DNA of 64,000 nucleotides from Octopus vulgaris (lineage: Eukaryota), in contig OX597823.1 of NCBI GenBank assembly GCA_951406725.2, positions 57,102,001-57,166,000 of the forward strand, in the 5' to 3' direction. Under the pieces are notes generated by a model. It ran no database searches. It had not been told where the DNA came from and worked only from the letters and a program-made list of their open reading frames with translations. A program made the position numbers and the translations under genes. Shown one piece after another: positions 1 through 12,645 of the stretch (positions are counted from its first letter, which is position 1; every line of letters starts with the position of its first letter).

Positions 1-60
<60 letters not shown>

Positions 61-99
61 GTGTGTGTGTGTGTGTACGGACATACATATACATATATG

Positions 100-131
<32 letters not shown>

Positions 132-345
132 CATATGTATATATAATCTATATACACATACATATACCTATATATCTGTGTGCGTGTTTGCACTTAAATA
201 TAATATGTGTAAGTATATATATATATATATATATATTTGTGTGTGTTTGCATGTATGTCTGTGCTTGCCTGTGTCTGCTTGTGTTCGTGTGTGTTCGTGT
301 GTGTGTGTGTGTGTATGTGCGTATGTGTGTGTGTGTGTGTGTGTT
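1..345. repeat. Compound (AT)n/(GT)n microsatellite
   Basis: Dinucleotide runs seen directly. Confidence 0.95.
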
Positions 346-1737
346 CTTTTTCGCCTCCAAGCGCACCGGTCTAGTTTCTCCTTGTCAATTGTTATAAAAA
401 GGTAATTGTAGGATCTCATTTACTGTTTTATTGTTGTTACTTTATTTTTTTTTTGTATTTGTATATTTATATATATATTTTTTTTGTCTCGATCTATTCA
501 CGATTGGACTTTATTTATTTTTGGAGTAAAATGTAATTGGTTTGAAGTTTTCTGGCATTCTTTTATCGTCGGCTTCAAGATATCGACTATCTTGTAATTC
601 AAACAAACGCTTCTAGAGACTCTTCGATCGATTTTTTTTATCTTTTCTCGTTTATGTGTTTCTTTTATTTATTTGTTCGATTGCTTTATTTTTAGGTGTT
701 TTTGTTGACTTTTCTATGTTTTTTCGTATATGTATTTGCACTTTTATGGTAGTATTTTTTGTTATTATTTCAATCATTTGTTTCTATTTTATTTAAGTTA
801 AATTTGCACAGTTATTATCATGACATGTTCATTAATTTTTGGAGTTACCTTCATAGTGTGGATCAGCAAATATGGTAGAAACACGAGATTAAATACCCTG
901 CTTCTTTTTAATTATCATCTTTCACGTTCCGAGTTCGAATCCTAAAGAGACAGGGATTTTCATTTCGTTCGATCTCGATGTCAATAAAATATGAACTTAG
1001 CTATAAGACAAGGACTTGAATTAAGCTGATCGATTTGTTCAACACTCAAGTATATGAGATGCTGAAATTATGTCAGAAATGATTTTGTTTCCTGCTGTAT
1101 ATGGTATGATTGTTAGAATCGTTAGTACGTCGAACAAAATATGTCACACTTCAGTTCAGCTGAGCCTACGGTTAGGAAAAATATTTTAAAATCATTATTT
1201 CTATTACGGAGGTGTATGAGAGGAAAATGGTATAACACAACACGGTATATCTTGCCTTAAGTATAGTTAAATATCTTTATGTATTTAGTTTAAGCACTGA
1301 TAAAGTCGACATCATTTTTATCGTTCAGAATATATACTAACCAAATACTAGTTAGAGTTTATGAACTCAATACCTTCCCTAAAATCTACATCCAATGCTT
1401 CCTTAGGTTTTTTTCTTTACTTGTTTGAAATCGAATAGGAAAAATCACGCTAAGTCACTTTTGGGTCTAACATAACTTTTGTTATACTGTTTCCTGTAAC
1501 AAAAAAGTTGGGTCTAGCAGTGATTTTATACGTAGTGGTTGGAAGGTTTGGGATCAGATTATGTTATTTAGATGGAATATCTCGTTGCTTTTAACATTAC
1601 ATGACTGGGTAAGGATGAAGAGAATGCTCTAGTATCCAGTGTATATTGTAAGATGTAGAGTAGCATCAAAGAAATGACATTGGATATTGTATTGCGTTAA
1701 ATCGGAATTATTTACAGAAGTTATACTCCATTTTGGG

Positions 1738-1872
<135 letters not shown>

Positions 1873-1934
1873 GATTAGAATCAATTAGGTTCATAAAGAA
1901 ATAGTGATAAGGAATTCTATAGTAGAAGACTATT

Positions 1935-2420
1935 GCGATGGACTTGATGCCGGCGAGATAGGCCCTTGATCGATTTTAAGCACAAAGGTTGTGTTGTCAG
2001 AGTCAGAGCGGTGGATGGGGCATCGAAAGCCTTTCGATGGGTTCGGGTTGCAGAGAGGCACTGCCACAACAGAGTCACATATCTCTCTTCGGCAGATCAG
2101 AAGAGAGGCGTGCTACTAAATCACGAGCAAATGTGTGCGGTTTTTTAATGACATTTTGTTCAACTGTTTGAGGCAGACATTGAAACAAGTCGAGGTTGGA
2201 CTTGTCACCTACCTCGATGGCCTACCGCAGCTATCGACGGGGGATGCGAAGTTCTGCGAAAGTCCGATATCAGCTGACAAAATACGACAAGCGATGACGG
2301 AATACACAATTGAGAAGTCGCCAAGTTTGGATCGTCTGCTCTACGAGCTTTATCGTCATGCACTGAATTTTTTCGGGTGCCTCACAACAGATATGTACAA
2401 CAGTTGGCAGCAGAACGGTG
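1935..2420 (+). mobile_element. Old Tx1/L1-like LINE ORF2 fragment (endonuclease-RT linker)
   Basis: KHKGCVVRVRA...MCAVF and YLDGLPQLS...KSPSLDRLLYELY...YNSWQQNG align with KHEGCAVRAR...MCETF and YLHSLPRLS...KSPGLDDLPYEFY...YCNWQ of the element at 22.8-23.2 kb. Confidence 0.85.
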
Positions 2421-2494
2421 TTAACAACAAGCAAGGTGAGGATAAATATCCGTCAAATGTAAATAATGTAAATAATGTTCTTGACTATTATATC

Positions 2495-3208
2495 TGGGTG
2501 ATTTGAACAGACATACCCCAGATGATTGTGGTTTGGTCGCTGTTGTCTTGTGCCTTGTTTGGCACATGTTAATACCATTTATTGTCAGTTTCTATATTAT
2601 ATTGTTGGTATATAACTACAGTGTAATTAATCCCTTTCTCCCTTGTGTCTATATATATATATGTTAAGATTTGGCAAGGACTGGACAGCCAGTGATGATG
2701 ATGTGGTCAATTGTCTCATTGTGCTGGTTGCACATTCTGCGTTTGGTGTTAGAACCTCTTTTCAGGATTTTGCTTTTATAGTAGTTCGTAGTCAGGTCTT
2801 GGTCTTGTGCAGCGAAAAATCAGTCCTTCAGTTTCAGCTTTTAGTTCAGAGCTTTTGAGTTATTGTTAGATTTTTACTTACGCTCACTTCCTCTCTGTCA
2901 CATTTTGCAGGGTATTAGCCATGAAGTGATTTTTTCTTTCTATTTCTTCTTTAGTGTGTCTTTTGTAGTTGTGTTTTCATGTTTTTTTTTGTCTCTGACC
3001 ATTTCTGTATGTTGTCATCTGAAGTCAATGTATCAGTGTAGTTTGCTTCTGTTTTGTATTTTGCTGCCTCCTTGTATACAGAGAAAAGCGCTCTTTTTCC
3101 TTGTGTTGCTCTATTACATGTAGTAGTCTTCCACTTTTTGTTTTTAAGTACTTTTCTAGTTCAACTGCTGTTATTTTATAAAAGTTCCCTAACTGTAACA
3201 GGTAATGG
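2495..3208 (-). mobile_element. R4/Dong-type (RLE) non-LTR retrotransposon fragment, C-terminal region
   Basis: Minus-strand translation SELKAETEGLIF/AAQDQDLTTNYYKSKILK...RRMCNQHNETIDHIIITGCPVLAK (decayed CCHC knuckle), then KWY*HVPNK...TIIW. Confidence 0.8.
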
Positions 3209-3209
3209 C

Positions 3210-3294
3210 CTTCTTCTTCTTCTTCTTCTTCTTCTTCTTCTTCTTCTTCTTCTTCTTCTTCTTCTTCTTCTTCTTCTTCTTCTTCTTCTTCTTC
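3210..3294. repeat. (CTT)n microsatellite
   Basis: Perfect CTT run. Confidence 0.97.
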
Positions 3295-4241
3295 CTGCTG
3301 TTGTTGTTGTTATTGTTATTAATTTGTTTCTCCTTTTTTCTTCAATTTGTTTCTTTTTTTCCTTTTATCGCTAGTTGGGAAAAATAATTCTCTCTTCGCT
3401 TTTGTCTCTCGACATCCTCTCCTCTCTTCGGTAGATTTAATTAATAAAATATTTCATTGTGCAATAACACAGTTGTTTAATTAACTTTTCACTTCTCACT
3501 GCTTGTGAAATTTCCACAAACATTTCCGCTCTGTATTGTCTGTTAAGGTAATTGAGTTGGACGCTGCGTTCTGTTGCAGATATCTTAAACAGAAGAAAAA
3601 ACAACAACAACAAAAAAAAAAACAGCAAAAAACATAAACAAACCGTGAAAAGGTTTATATTATAATGATTGTACACATGTATTGAAGAATAATTATAATA
3701 CTATCCTGGGAATATGAAAGTGACAGGGGGACTCTCAGAGGGCGAGGTGAAAAGAATGAAAAAGGAAACAATTAACAAATAAAATAAAATGAAAATATAA
3801 AGAAAGAAGTAGCAAAGTGATTTTTTTAAGAGCTGCGTATAGGGCGTTGAGGTTTATACCATCAAAGATCAACAGCGTTAAGACGAGGAAATAAATTCTG
3901 CGACACCAACAGCACTGGGAATATATATAAAAAAGAATCAAAGAGATAAGAAAAAAGACAAGATCAGCACGTCATTTAAATGACTGGCTGTAGAAACAGC
4001 ATTTCACTTGAAGTACGAAATGCATCAATAACAATGGTAGAAAAAAAAAACAATCGTCTTTAACGGGAAAAAGAATTAACTATAAAAACAACAACAGGGT
4101 TATTGTATTGATGCAGTTATGGAGGTTGTGTGGGAAGGAATTTTACTATATAACCTTATGGGTTCCGAATAAAATAAGAATCAAAGGGACCCTAAAGGTA
4201 AAGGTTACCTTTTCGAGTCATGCCGACTCATAAGGGCCTGT

Positions 4242-4530
4242 GAAGGCACATAGATCAGTGATTAGATCGTCGGGCTCACAACCATGAGGTACTGATTTCT
4301 GTTCCCTGACCGGGCTGTACGTTGTGTTCTTGAGCAAGACAATATAGTTTACGTTGCTCCAGTTCACTTATCTGTAGAATTGAGATGCGACGTCACTGGT
4401 ACCAAGCTGTATCGGCCTTTTCCTTTTCCTTAGATAACATCGGTGGAGTGCATGGCTGACTGCTGCTCTTCCATAAACAACCTCACCTCAAAGGGGGACA
4501 TTCTAGGTACAAACCCATGGTCATTTATGG
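4242..4530 (+). mobile_element. Degenerate tRNA-derived SINE (third type)
   Basis: Decayed tRNA-like head followed by GTTGTGTTCTTGAGCAAGACA and a CCAGTTCAC...CTGTAGAA central domain typical of metazoan SINEs. Confidence 0.6.
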
Positions 4531-4554
4531 TTTTTGCATAATTTATGCTTCATC

Positions 4555-5780
4555 AGTACACAGTCAGTGTGATACCTGGGCATTTACATGAGTAATGATG
4601 CATCCTTCTATGTGCATGTTGCTAAGTTGGCAATGAAATGCAGGCGGCTGACCGGATGGATACTAAGAACTTTTTAAACGATAGATCTGGAAACCATGAT
4701 GGTCCTCTGGAGGACTTTTGTCCTAAGTCGCATTGATTATTGCACCCAGCTATGGACACCAATCAGTGTAAAATTAATTTCGGAACTTGCGGAAATCCAA
4801 CGAAGCTATACAAAAAAGATAGCCTCTATGCAGCATATAAGCTGCTGGGAAAGACTCAAGAGATTGAGTCTCTCTTCCCTGGAGCGTAGGTGGGAATGAT
4901 ATGCCGTAATATACATCTGGAAAAAGAATGTGAGCTGGTAGAAACGCTAGCACGCTGGACGGAATGCTTAGCTGTATTTCGTCTGTCATTATGTTCTGAG
5001 TTCAAATTCCGCCGAGGTCGACTTTGCCTTTCATACTTTCGGAGTCGATAAATTGAGTACCAGTTACGCATTGCGGTCACTCTAATCATCGACATAATCC
5101 CTTTGTCTGTCCTTGTTTGTCCCCTCTGTGTCTAGCCCCTTGTGGGCAATAAAGAAATAAGAAACATTAGCAAGCCGGGCGAAATGCTGAGTGGTATTTC
5201 ATCTGTCTTTACGTTCTGATTTCAAATTCCACCGCGGTCGAATTTGTCGATAAATTAAGTACCAGTTTCTTACTGTGGTCGACCTAATCGACTGGCCCCT
5301 TCCCCCAAAATTTCGAGCCTTGTGCCTAGAATAGAAAAGGATATACATCTGGAAGATCTTGGGGGAACTTGTCCCAAACTTTAGCATTGAGAGTTACTCA
5401 AATGCTAGAACTGGGTGCCACTGCATAGTGCCAAATACTCTAACTTTGCCATCAAAATATAGGACAAGATATTGCAATAGCCTAGGCTTTAAAGGCCCAC
5501 AGCTCTCCAATATCCTCTCGAGGGATCGGAGAGACCTACATGGAGTGAATGTAGATGTCTTCAAAAGAAAATTAGATCTCTTACTGTCAAGAATCCCAGA
5601 TGAACCAACTTCACAGCAGGCAGTGCAAATGAAGGTAGAGGCGTCAAAATCTCACATGCACCAAATGTTAAGTTCTAAAAAGACAGTGTAGTAAAAATTA
5701 TGTAGCAACAACAAATGGCGGTGCCCCAGCATGGCCACAGCTTGTGAGCTGAAACTAGTTCAATTAATTTCAATTCAAAA
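4555..5780 (+). mobile_element. CR1-group LINE, 3' end of ORF2 plus 3' UTR, interrupted by a SINE
   Basis: LGIYMS...SRIDYCTQLW...IQRSYTKKI...WERLKRLSLSSLERR...IYIWK | IYIWKILGELVPN...GPQLSNIL...FKRKLDLLLSRIPDEP; 3' terminal stem-loop at 5717-5758. Confidence 0.85.
4923..5340 (+). mobile_element. SINE family A, dimeric, with 14-bp TSD
   Basis: B-box-like GAGTTCAAATTCC in unit 1, decayed in unit 2; TSD ATATACATCTGGAA at 4909-4922 and 5341-5354. Confidence 0.92.
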
Positions 5781-6299
5781 TATATGTATGTGAATGTCAT
5801 GATATGGTCATATTTGGAAGTCAGTTCGAATGTGTAATGGAGTAGTAATATAATAAAACATTTAAAAAATATTGTTTGTTTTTTTAAAGAAAATGGAACC
5901 TTGTGGAATTTGAAATGAACTGAAACAACATAGTGAATCGAAATAAAAAAAGCAGAAAGTCTGAAATGTAATAGTAATAGCGCCGGGATTTTCAAGTACA
6001 AACCAGCTAAAGCAGATAGAATTAGATAGATGGAGTTGATATTGCATTCGAAAAAATTTATTCCAAGGAAAATCAAGTTTGCAGAATTTGAACTAAAAAA
6101 AAATGTAATGAGACGAAAATAAACACTATAATGAAATTCAGTTTGGCGTTGTAATCATTTTATCAAATCATCAACCTTATAACATTCAAGTCGTCGTTCT
6201 ATAACATACGTTTTGACCATTTTCTACCGGCCTTAAGCCACCAATAATGATGATAAACAAGTAAATGGCGGAAATTGATTCCCAGATATGGATGAGAAA

Positions 6300-6389
6300 G
6301 CTGATGGTGATAATGATGATAATGATGATGATGATAACAACAACAACAACAATAATAACAACAACAATAATAATAACAAGAACAACGAC

Positions 6390-6429
<40 letters not shown>

Positions 6430-6720
6430 CTGATGATGATGATAATGATAACTAATAAGTACGAAAAAATAAAATAAATGATATACAAATGGAAACAAAC
6501 GAAAAAAAAAGAGAGGAAACTAATGAATGAATAAAAAGGAGAAAAAATACAAATAAAATAAAAAAACTCCCTAGGCTTATTTCTACTAAGGAATCATTTG
6601 AAGTCTGTAAAACTGTCCGATTCTATTATATTGCTGTTATGTTATGTTGCAAATTTTTTTTTCAATCATTACTGATCGAATTATTGATTGGTGTCCATCA
6701 GTTGGTTTAAAATTGAACTG

Positions 6721-6759
<39 letters not shown>

Positions 6760-6965
6760 AAGAGAGAGAGAATGAGAGAGAGAAAGTGAGAGAGAGAGAG
6801 AAGGAGTAGGATAGTGGAAAGTGTGTGTTTGTGTAGTGGAGTAGAAATGGTCAAGTTATGGGCGAAGGCAGGAGGAACTGGTGAAAAAATAAAACGAACA
6901 AAACAAACGGATAAAACATAAAGAAGTAACGTAAAAAAACAGAGAAATAAGGCAGGATATATATG

Positions 6966-6996
<31 letters not shown>

Positions 6997-7046
6997 TTGT
7001 GTGTGTGTATGTGTGTATATATGTGAGTGTATGTGTGACTATATAC

Positions 7047-7084
<38 letters not shown>

Positions 7085-7114
7085 GCAATATATATATATG
7101 CATGTATATGTATG

Positions 7115-7179
<65 letters not shown>

Positions 7180-7185
7180 AGGTAG

Positions 7186-7245
<60 letters not shown>
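6300..7245. repeat. Cluster of (GAT)/(AAC)/(AAT), (GA)n, (GT)n and (AT)n microsatellites
   Basis: Simple repeats seen directly. Confidence 0.9.
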
Positions 7246-8028
7246 CATCAGAGAGGGAGAAAGGCAGAGGGCGAGAGAAAGTAAGACTAAGGGAAGATAG
7301 AAATGAAAAAAAGTAGGATAGAAGCGCTGGACTGTTGGGAAAATTATACAAATTCAATGTTGTCAATACAACTATATCACATTTAATCTTTGTCTAGGTC
7401 TTTGCGTTCGACTTAGAGAATCAAAGATACGAACGTTAAATAAACAAATACAGAAACATACAAGCACACACACGCACGTACACACACACACATACACATA
7501 CACACGCAGAGGCTCACTCATACATACACATATACACAATTGATGAAATGCTATAGTTTTGAGAAGTGACAGCAAACATGGCGAAATTTTAAAGGAGACG
7601 GGAAAAAGTTATCTTAAAGCGGCTATTATAAAGAGAGAAACGAATGGAATATCGAAAATAACAGAAGGCTCAAACGTCTGTCATGTTTTTAACAAATGTT
7701 GTTTTATAAGGAAGCATATAAGCTACAGCATAAATCTGGACGTTTGAATAGAATAGAATGTTTTATCTTTGCGACCAAATTTAGGCACCTATGAAAACAC
7801 TACTATTGATAATTTGATTCAAGTTACTTCTTATTCCTTGCAGAATTTGTGGGTAGCGGGTTACTACCTGTAACCTTAGATATCCACTAGTTTTCAGTAG
7901 TTTTTCACCTGCTTAAAATCCTCTTGATAATATTTCTTGTGCCTGAGAGACAAACTTTAGTAGAAGCTCTACAAAATATTCTATTCGAATATCCTTCAAC
8001 CATTTCTCTATATCTTTATTCACGGACC

Positions 8029-8461
<433 letters not shown>

Positions 8462-8608
8462 GTTGTTGTTGTTGTTGTTGTTATTTACGATATTGTTGCT
8501 TTGTATTATATGAACAGTTACAAGTCTCAACCAGAGATTTGTAACAAGTAACAAGTTGGACATTTCTTTATAATTAAGAATGCTATAATGTACAGGAAGG
8601 ATACCAGA

Positions 8609-8653
<45 letters not shown>

Positions 8654-8699
8654 GTTATTATTATTATCATTATTATTATTATTATTATTATCATCATCA

Positions 8700-9048
8700 T
8701 TGAGTGAGATAGCAGTGCATACTATCAATGTGACACTGGGATAAAATATACAAAGCCCAGTATACCCATCATGACTACCCTTCTGATAAGAGTACACGGG
8801 GCACATTCATCTAAACCATGTGTGCGCGACATGGCGATCTCATATCAAGTTAAACAGAGCATGACCTTGCAGGTGGGTCCAAAAACTTTCTTCTTTTCCT
8901 GAAGTCGAGTAGCCCATCCCGCTCAAATGGTCCTTGAATTAGGGTTCTTTAAGGATGTTGAACGAAAAGCCCATTCTTCCAGGGGTGGATTCCTCTAAGC
9001 ACATGGTTATGATACTCCCCCACTACTTCCGTTCATGATCATAGATTA
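8700..9048 (-). mobile_element. Unclassified interspersed repeat with an (AAT)n tail
   Basis: Higher-GC block abutting a (TTA)n run, as expected for a retroposon tail on the minus strand; single copy in this window. Confidence 0.4.
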
Positions 9049-9529
9049 CTTGCGGTCTGTATTTGTGTTTTGCATTCGTATTTTCTTCGGAACTGAAAGT
9101 ACTCAACGTTATACATGTGCCTTGCCTGATAGCTATATTTACGAGTTAGTTACAAATTGCGTAAGCTCTCTACCAAAATGAGAAAGATCGCATTTTTCTG
9201 CATGTGCAGAGTGGGGTGTCTAACATGGTTCAAAATATGTAAATTCTCACAGGAAATTTCAAAGAATGCACTTTCAGAATGTAACGATGGAGCGGAAGGT
9301 GTTCTGAGTCTTTGCTGATCTGAGCCTAACTAATCTGTTGAGTCATATCTCTCGGTTGCTTTCTAACTTTTATATTTGATTTTTTTTATTTACCATACTT
9401 TCGTACGTTTTCATCAGAGGGGCCTACTATTTCAGACACAGGTATTGCTGTGTGATAGGAAGTTTGCTTCTTAATCTCGTGGTTCCGGGTTCAGTCCAAA
9501 TACTTGGCATGTGAGTAAGTGCCTCACAT

Positions 9530-9648
9530 GTAAACCAATTTCAACGGATCTCGCCCAAATTTGACGTCGATGTTTGATTTGAAATAAAGAACTGGATTAG
9601 CTTAATAATCCGAACTTAATCCCGAACAAAGCCGGGTTATACTGCTAG
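9530..9648 (+). mobile_element. Truncated non-autonomous Helitron, 3' terminus
   Basis: CCCGAACAAAGCCGGG hairpin, then TACTGCTAG|T; matches the ends of the copies at 11102 and 14804. Confidence 0.7.
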
Positions 9649-10092
9649 TTGTCGATATAGCAAAACACATAGTAACAGCTCTTCGTCAGGTGTACGTTGA
9701 TTCTGTTTTTTTTTTGTTTTTTTTGCTTAGGTAGTGAATGGAAGCACTCCGTCGGTTACGACGATGAGGGTTCCGGTTGGTGAACATGCTGAAACTGCTG
9801 AAGTAGTAGGACGACAATATATTTGATCAGCTGATTGATCAGCTGGTTGTTTGGTGGTGGTAATGGTGGTGGTGGTGGTGGCTTTTTCGGACAAATTGAG
9901 ACAGTATTCTGATTATCACTTGCATAAACTAGATCTAGTCTCTGAAACATCTATACCATAATTCTTTGCGAAAACAATCACATTACGTCGGTGTAATTAT
10001 TTCTATGAAGATCTCTTTAAAGTTACAAAGGTTATTGATAGTTAACTGAAACGGAATCACGATAAGATGATGGTCGTATAATATCTAATAAA

Positions 10093-10182
10093 ACACACAC
10101 ACGCATACACACACATACACAGGCAAGCACAGACATACATGCAAACACACACACACACACACAGGCAAGCACAGACATACAT

Positions 10183-10217
<35 letters not shown>

Positions 10218-10350
10218 CAAGCACAGACATACATACAAACACACACACACACACAGGCAAGCACAGACATACATGCAAACACACACACACACACACACAC
10301 ACATACACAGGCAAGCACAGACATACATGCAAACACACACACACACACAT
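10093..10350 (+). repeat. Minisatellite: GGCAAGCACAGACATACATGCAAAC units separated by variable (AC)n
   Basis: Five unit copies. Confidence 0.9.
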
Positions 10351-10450
10351 GCAAACACACACACACATGTACGTTTGAGTGTACGAGCGTTTGTATACGA
10401 GTTTCTGTATGTATATATATATTATGTGCAAAAATATTCGCAAATATACG

Positions 10451-10516
<66 letters not shown>

Positions 10517-11101
10517 GGTGTACACAAACCTTTGTATATAGGAACAAATATATATATGGGCAAAGATAATTATACATATAAGTACACATGCATACACACT
10601 CACACACATACACATACTCGCACTCACACACAGAAACACACACACACACACACAAACAAACAAACACCCACACACACGAACACACACGCGCACACATACA
10701 CACGCACACACTCTCACACATACCAAACAGTACTCTACTTCCTTTAGTTTGAAAGCCGTCACAATTAAAACGAAAACACGACTCAACCTGGGCGTTTAAA
10801 ATATTTAACAGAAACAAAAAGAATCCTTTATGACTTTCACTCTTTCCCAGTTCTTAGTCCAGTCCAGTTCAATTCAGTTCAGTCCTGTCCAGTCCGGTGC
10901 ATTGGCGAAATTGTTAGAGCGACGGATCTTATGCGCTGCGGTACCTTTTACAACTCTATGCAATCAGAATTTAAATCCTGTCTTGATACTGAGGTGTCCG
11001 ATTTCATTTAATTACTATAAACAATTAAAGTTATAAAGCAATACATATTTTAAATCAGTTACTAACTGACAGTACATGACTTGTTCATAATTTATATGTG
11101 A

Positions 11102-11495
11102 CTAGCAGTATCGCCCGGCGTTGCTCGGGTTTGTAAGGGAAATAACTATACAGCATTTTTAGAGAGTTATAGCCAAGAAATAGCAAAAAAATGCATTAAA
11201 AATGGAAAAAATATGATGGTAAATTTTTTTTTAAATCGTTGACTCATCGTAGACATTTTTAGAGAGTTACTTCCCTTTAAAAAAATATGCATGAAAATGG
11301 AAAAAAATGATGGTAAATTATTTTTTAAATCGTAGACTCATCGTAGACGCGCGCTAATACCCAGAAGGGCTCGATATGAATCACGACTATAAGATACCCG
11401 GTTTTGGTTAAACTGCACCGCAAAATGTGGGAGTAGTTAGGAATCTAAATCGAAGGGGACAGACACTCACACAACTACAGTTTTATATATAGAGA
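11102..11495 (-). mobile_element. Non-autonomous Helitron, complete
   Basis: Minus strand begins A|TCTCTATATATAAAA and ends with hairpin CCCGAGCAACGCCGGG...CTAG|T; AT target, no TSD; internal ~100-bp duplication. Confidence 0.88.
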
Positions 11496-11586
11496 TAGCG
11501 TTTCACGTATGTGAAAGCACAACATCTTTCTACTGAATTTCTGAAGCAAGACATTGAAACAAAAGCATTTAAGTTAGCCATTTATT

Positions 11587-12167
11587 CTTTTCTATGCTAG
11601 GAACAAGGCCCGAAATTTCTGGGGAGTGGGTGAAATTGATTAGATTAACCCCAGTACGCAACTGGTACTTAATTTATCGATCCCGAAAGGATGAAAAGCA
11701 AAGTTGACCTCAGCTGAATTTGAACTCAGAACGTAGCGGCAGACGAAATACCTATTTCTTTACTACCCACAAGGGGCTAAACACAGAGGGAACAAACAAG
11801 AACAGACAAACGGATTAAGTCGATTATATCGACGCCAGTGCGTAACTGGTACTTATTTAATCGACCCCGAAATGATGAAAGGCAAAGTCGACCTCAGCGG
11901 AATTTGAACTCAGAACGTAGCGGCAGACGAAATACTCATTTCTTTACTACCCACAAGGGGCTAAACACAGAGGGAACAAACAAGGACAGACAAACGGATT
12001 AAGTCGATTATATCGACGACAGTGCGTAACTGGTACTTATTTTAATCGACCCCGAAAGGATGAAAGGCAAAGTCGACCTCGGCGGAATTTGAACTCAGAA
12101 CGTAGCGGCAGGCGAAATACCGCTAAGCATTTCGCCCGGTGTGCTTAACGACTCTGCCAGCTCGACG
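11587..12167 (-). mobile_element. SINE family A, trimeric
   Basis: Three tandem cores of about 185-bp period; degenerate TSD TTTAAGTTAGCCATTTATT / TTTGAGTCAGCCATTTATT. Confidence 0.92.
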
Positions 12168-12441
12168 TTTTGAGTCAGCCATTTATTGACAATACGTGAC
12201 ATAAACAGATTGAAAACACCTGAAACAAAATCGTGGTGTTACATCTATATTCAGTACTTTTATTGATGAAATGACTTTGATAAATATACCAGCTGATGCT
12301 ACAAAGAAACAGTGCCACAGTCTTGTGATTCATACGTGGAGCAACAAACAGTTTACGAAGGCGGTCTTATACTTTTTTCTTCTGTGACTATTTTCTAGGA
12401 TGTTACACTTCAGTCCAAAGTTGCGACCGATAGACGATATC

Positions 12442-12645
12442 GGTTTCAAAATTTGGCACAATGCCAGCAATTTTTGGCGAGATGGGTAAGTTGGTTACAC
12501 CGATCACACTGCTGGTACTTATTTTATCGACTGCGAAACTGATGAAAGATAAAGCCAGAATTTAAACTCAAAACGTAAAGACGGACAGAGTGTGTGTTCA
12601 AGCATTATGCCCGGGTTACTAATGAGTTTGCCAGCTCGCCGCCTT
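12442..12645 (-). mobile_element. SINE family A, old monomer
   Basis: Ends GCCAGCTCGCCGCC; CTGGTACTTATTTTATCGAC core; decayed TSD CGACCGATAGACGATATC / CGACTGATAGGCAATATC. Confidence 0.8.

Noticed and set aside
10093-10350. Repeat-spacer pattern resembling a CRISPR array
   Set aside because: The spacers are only (AC)n of variable length, the context is eukaryotic, and there are no cas genes.
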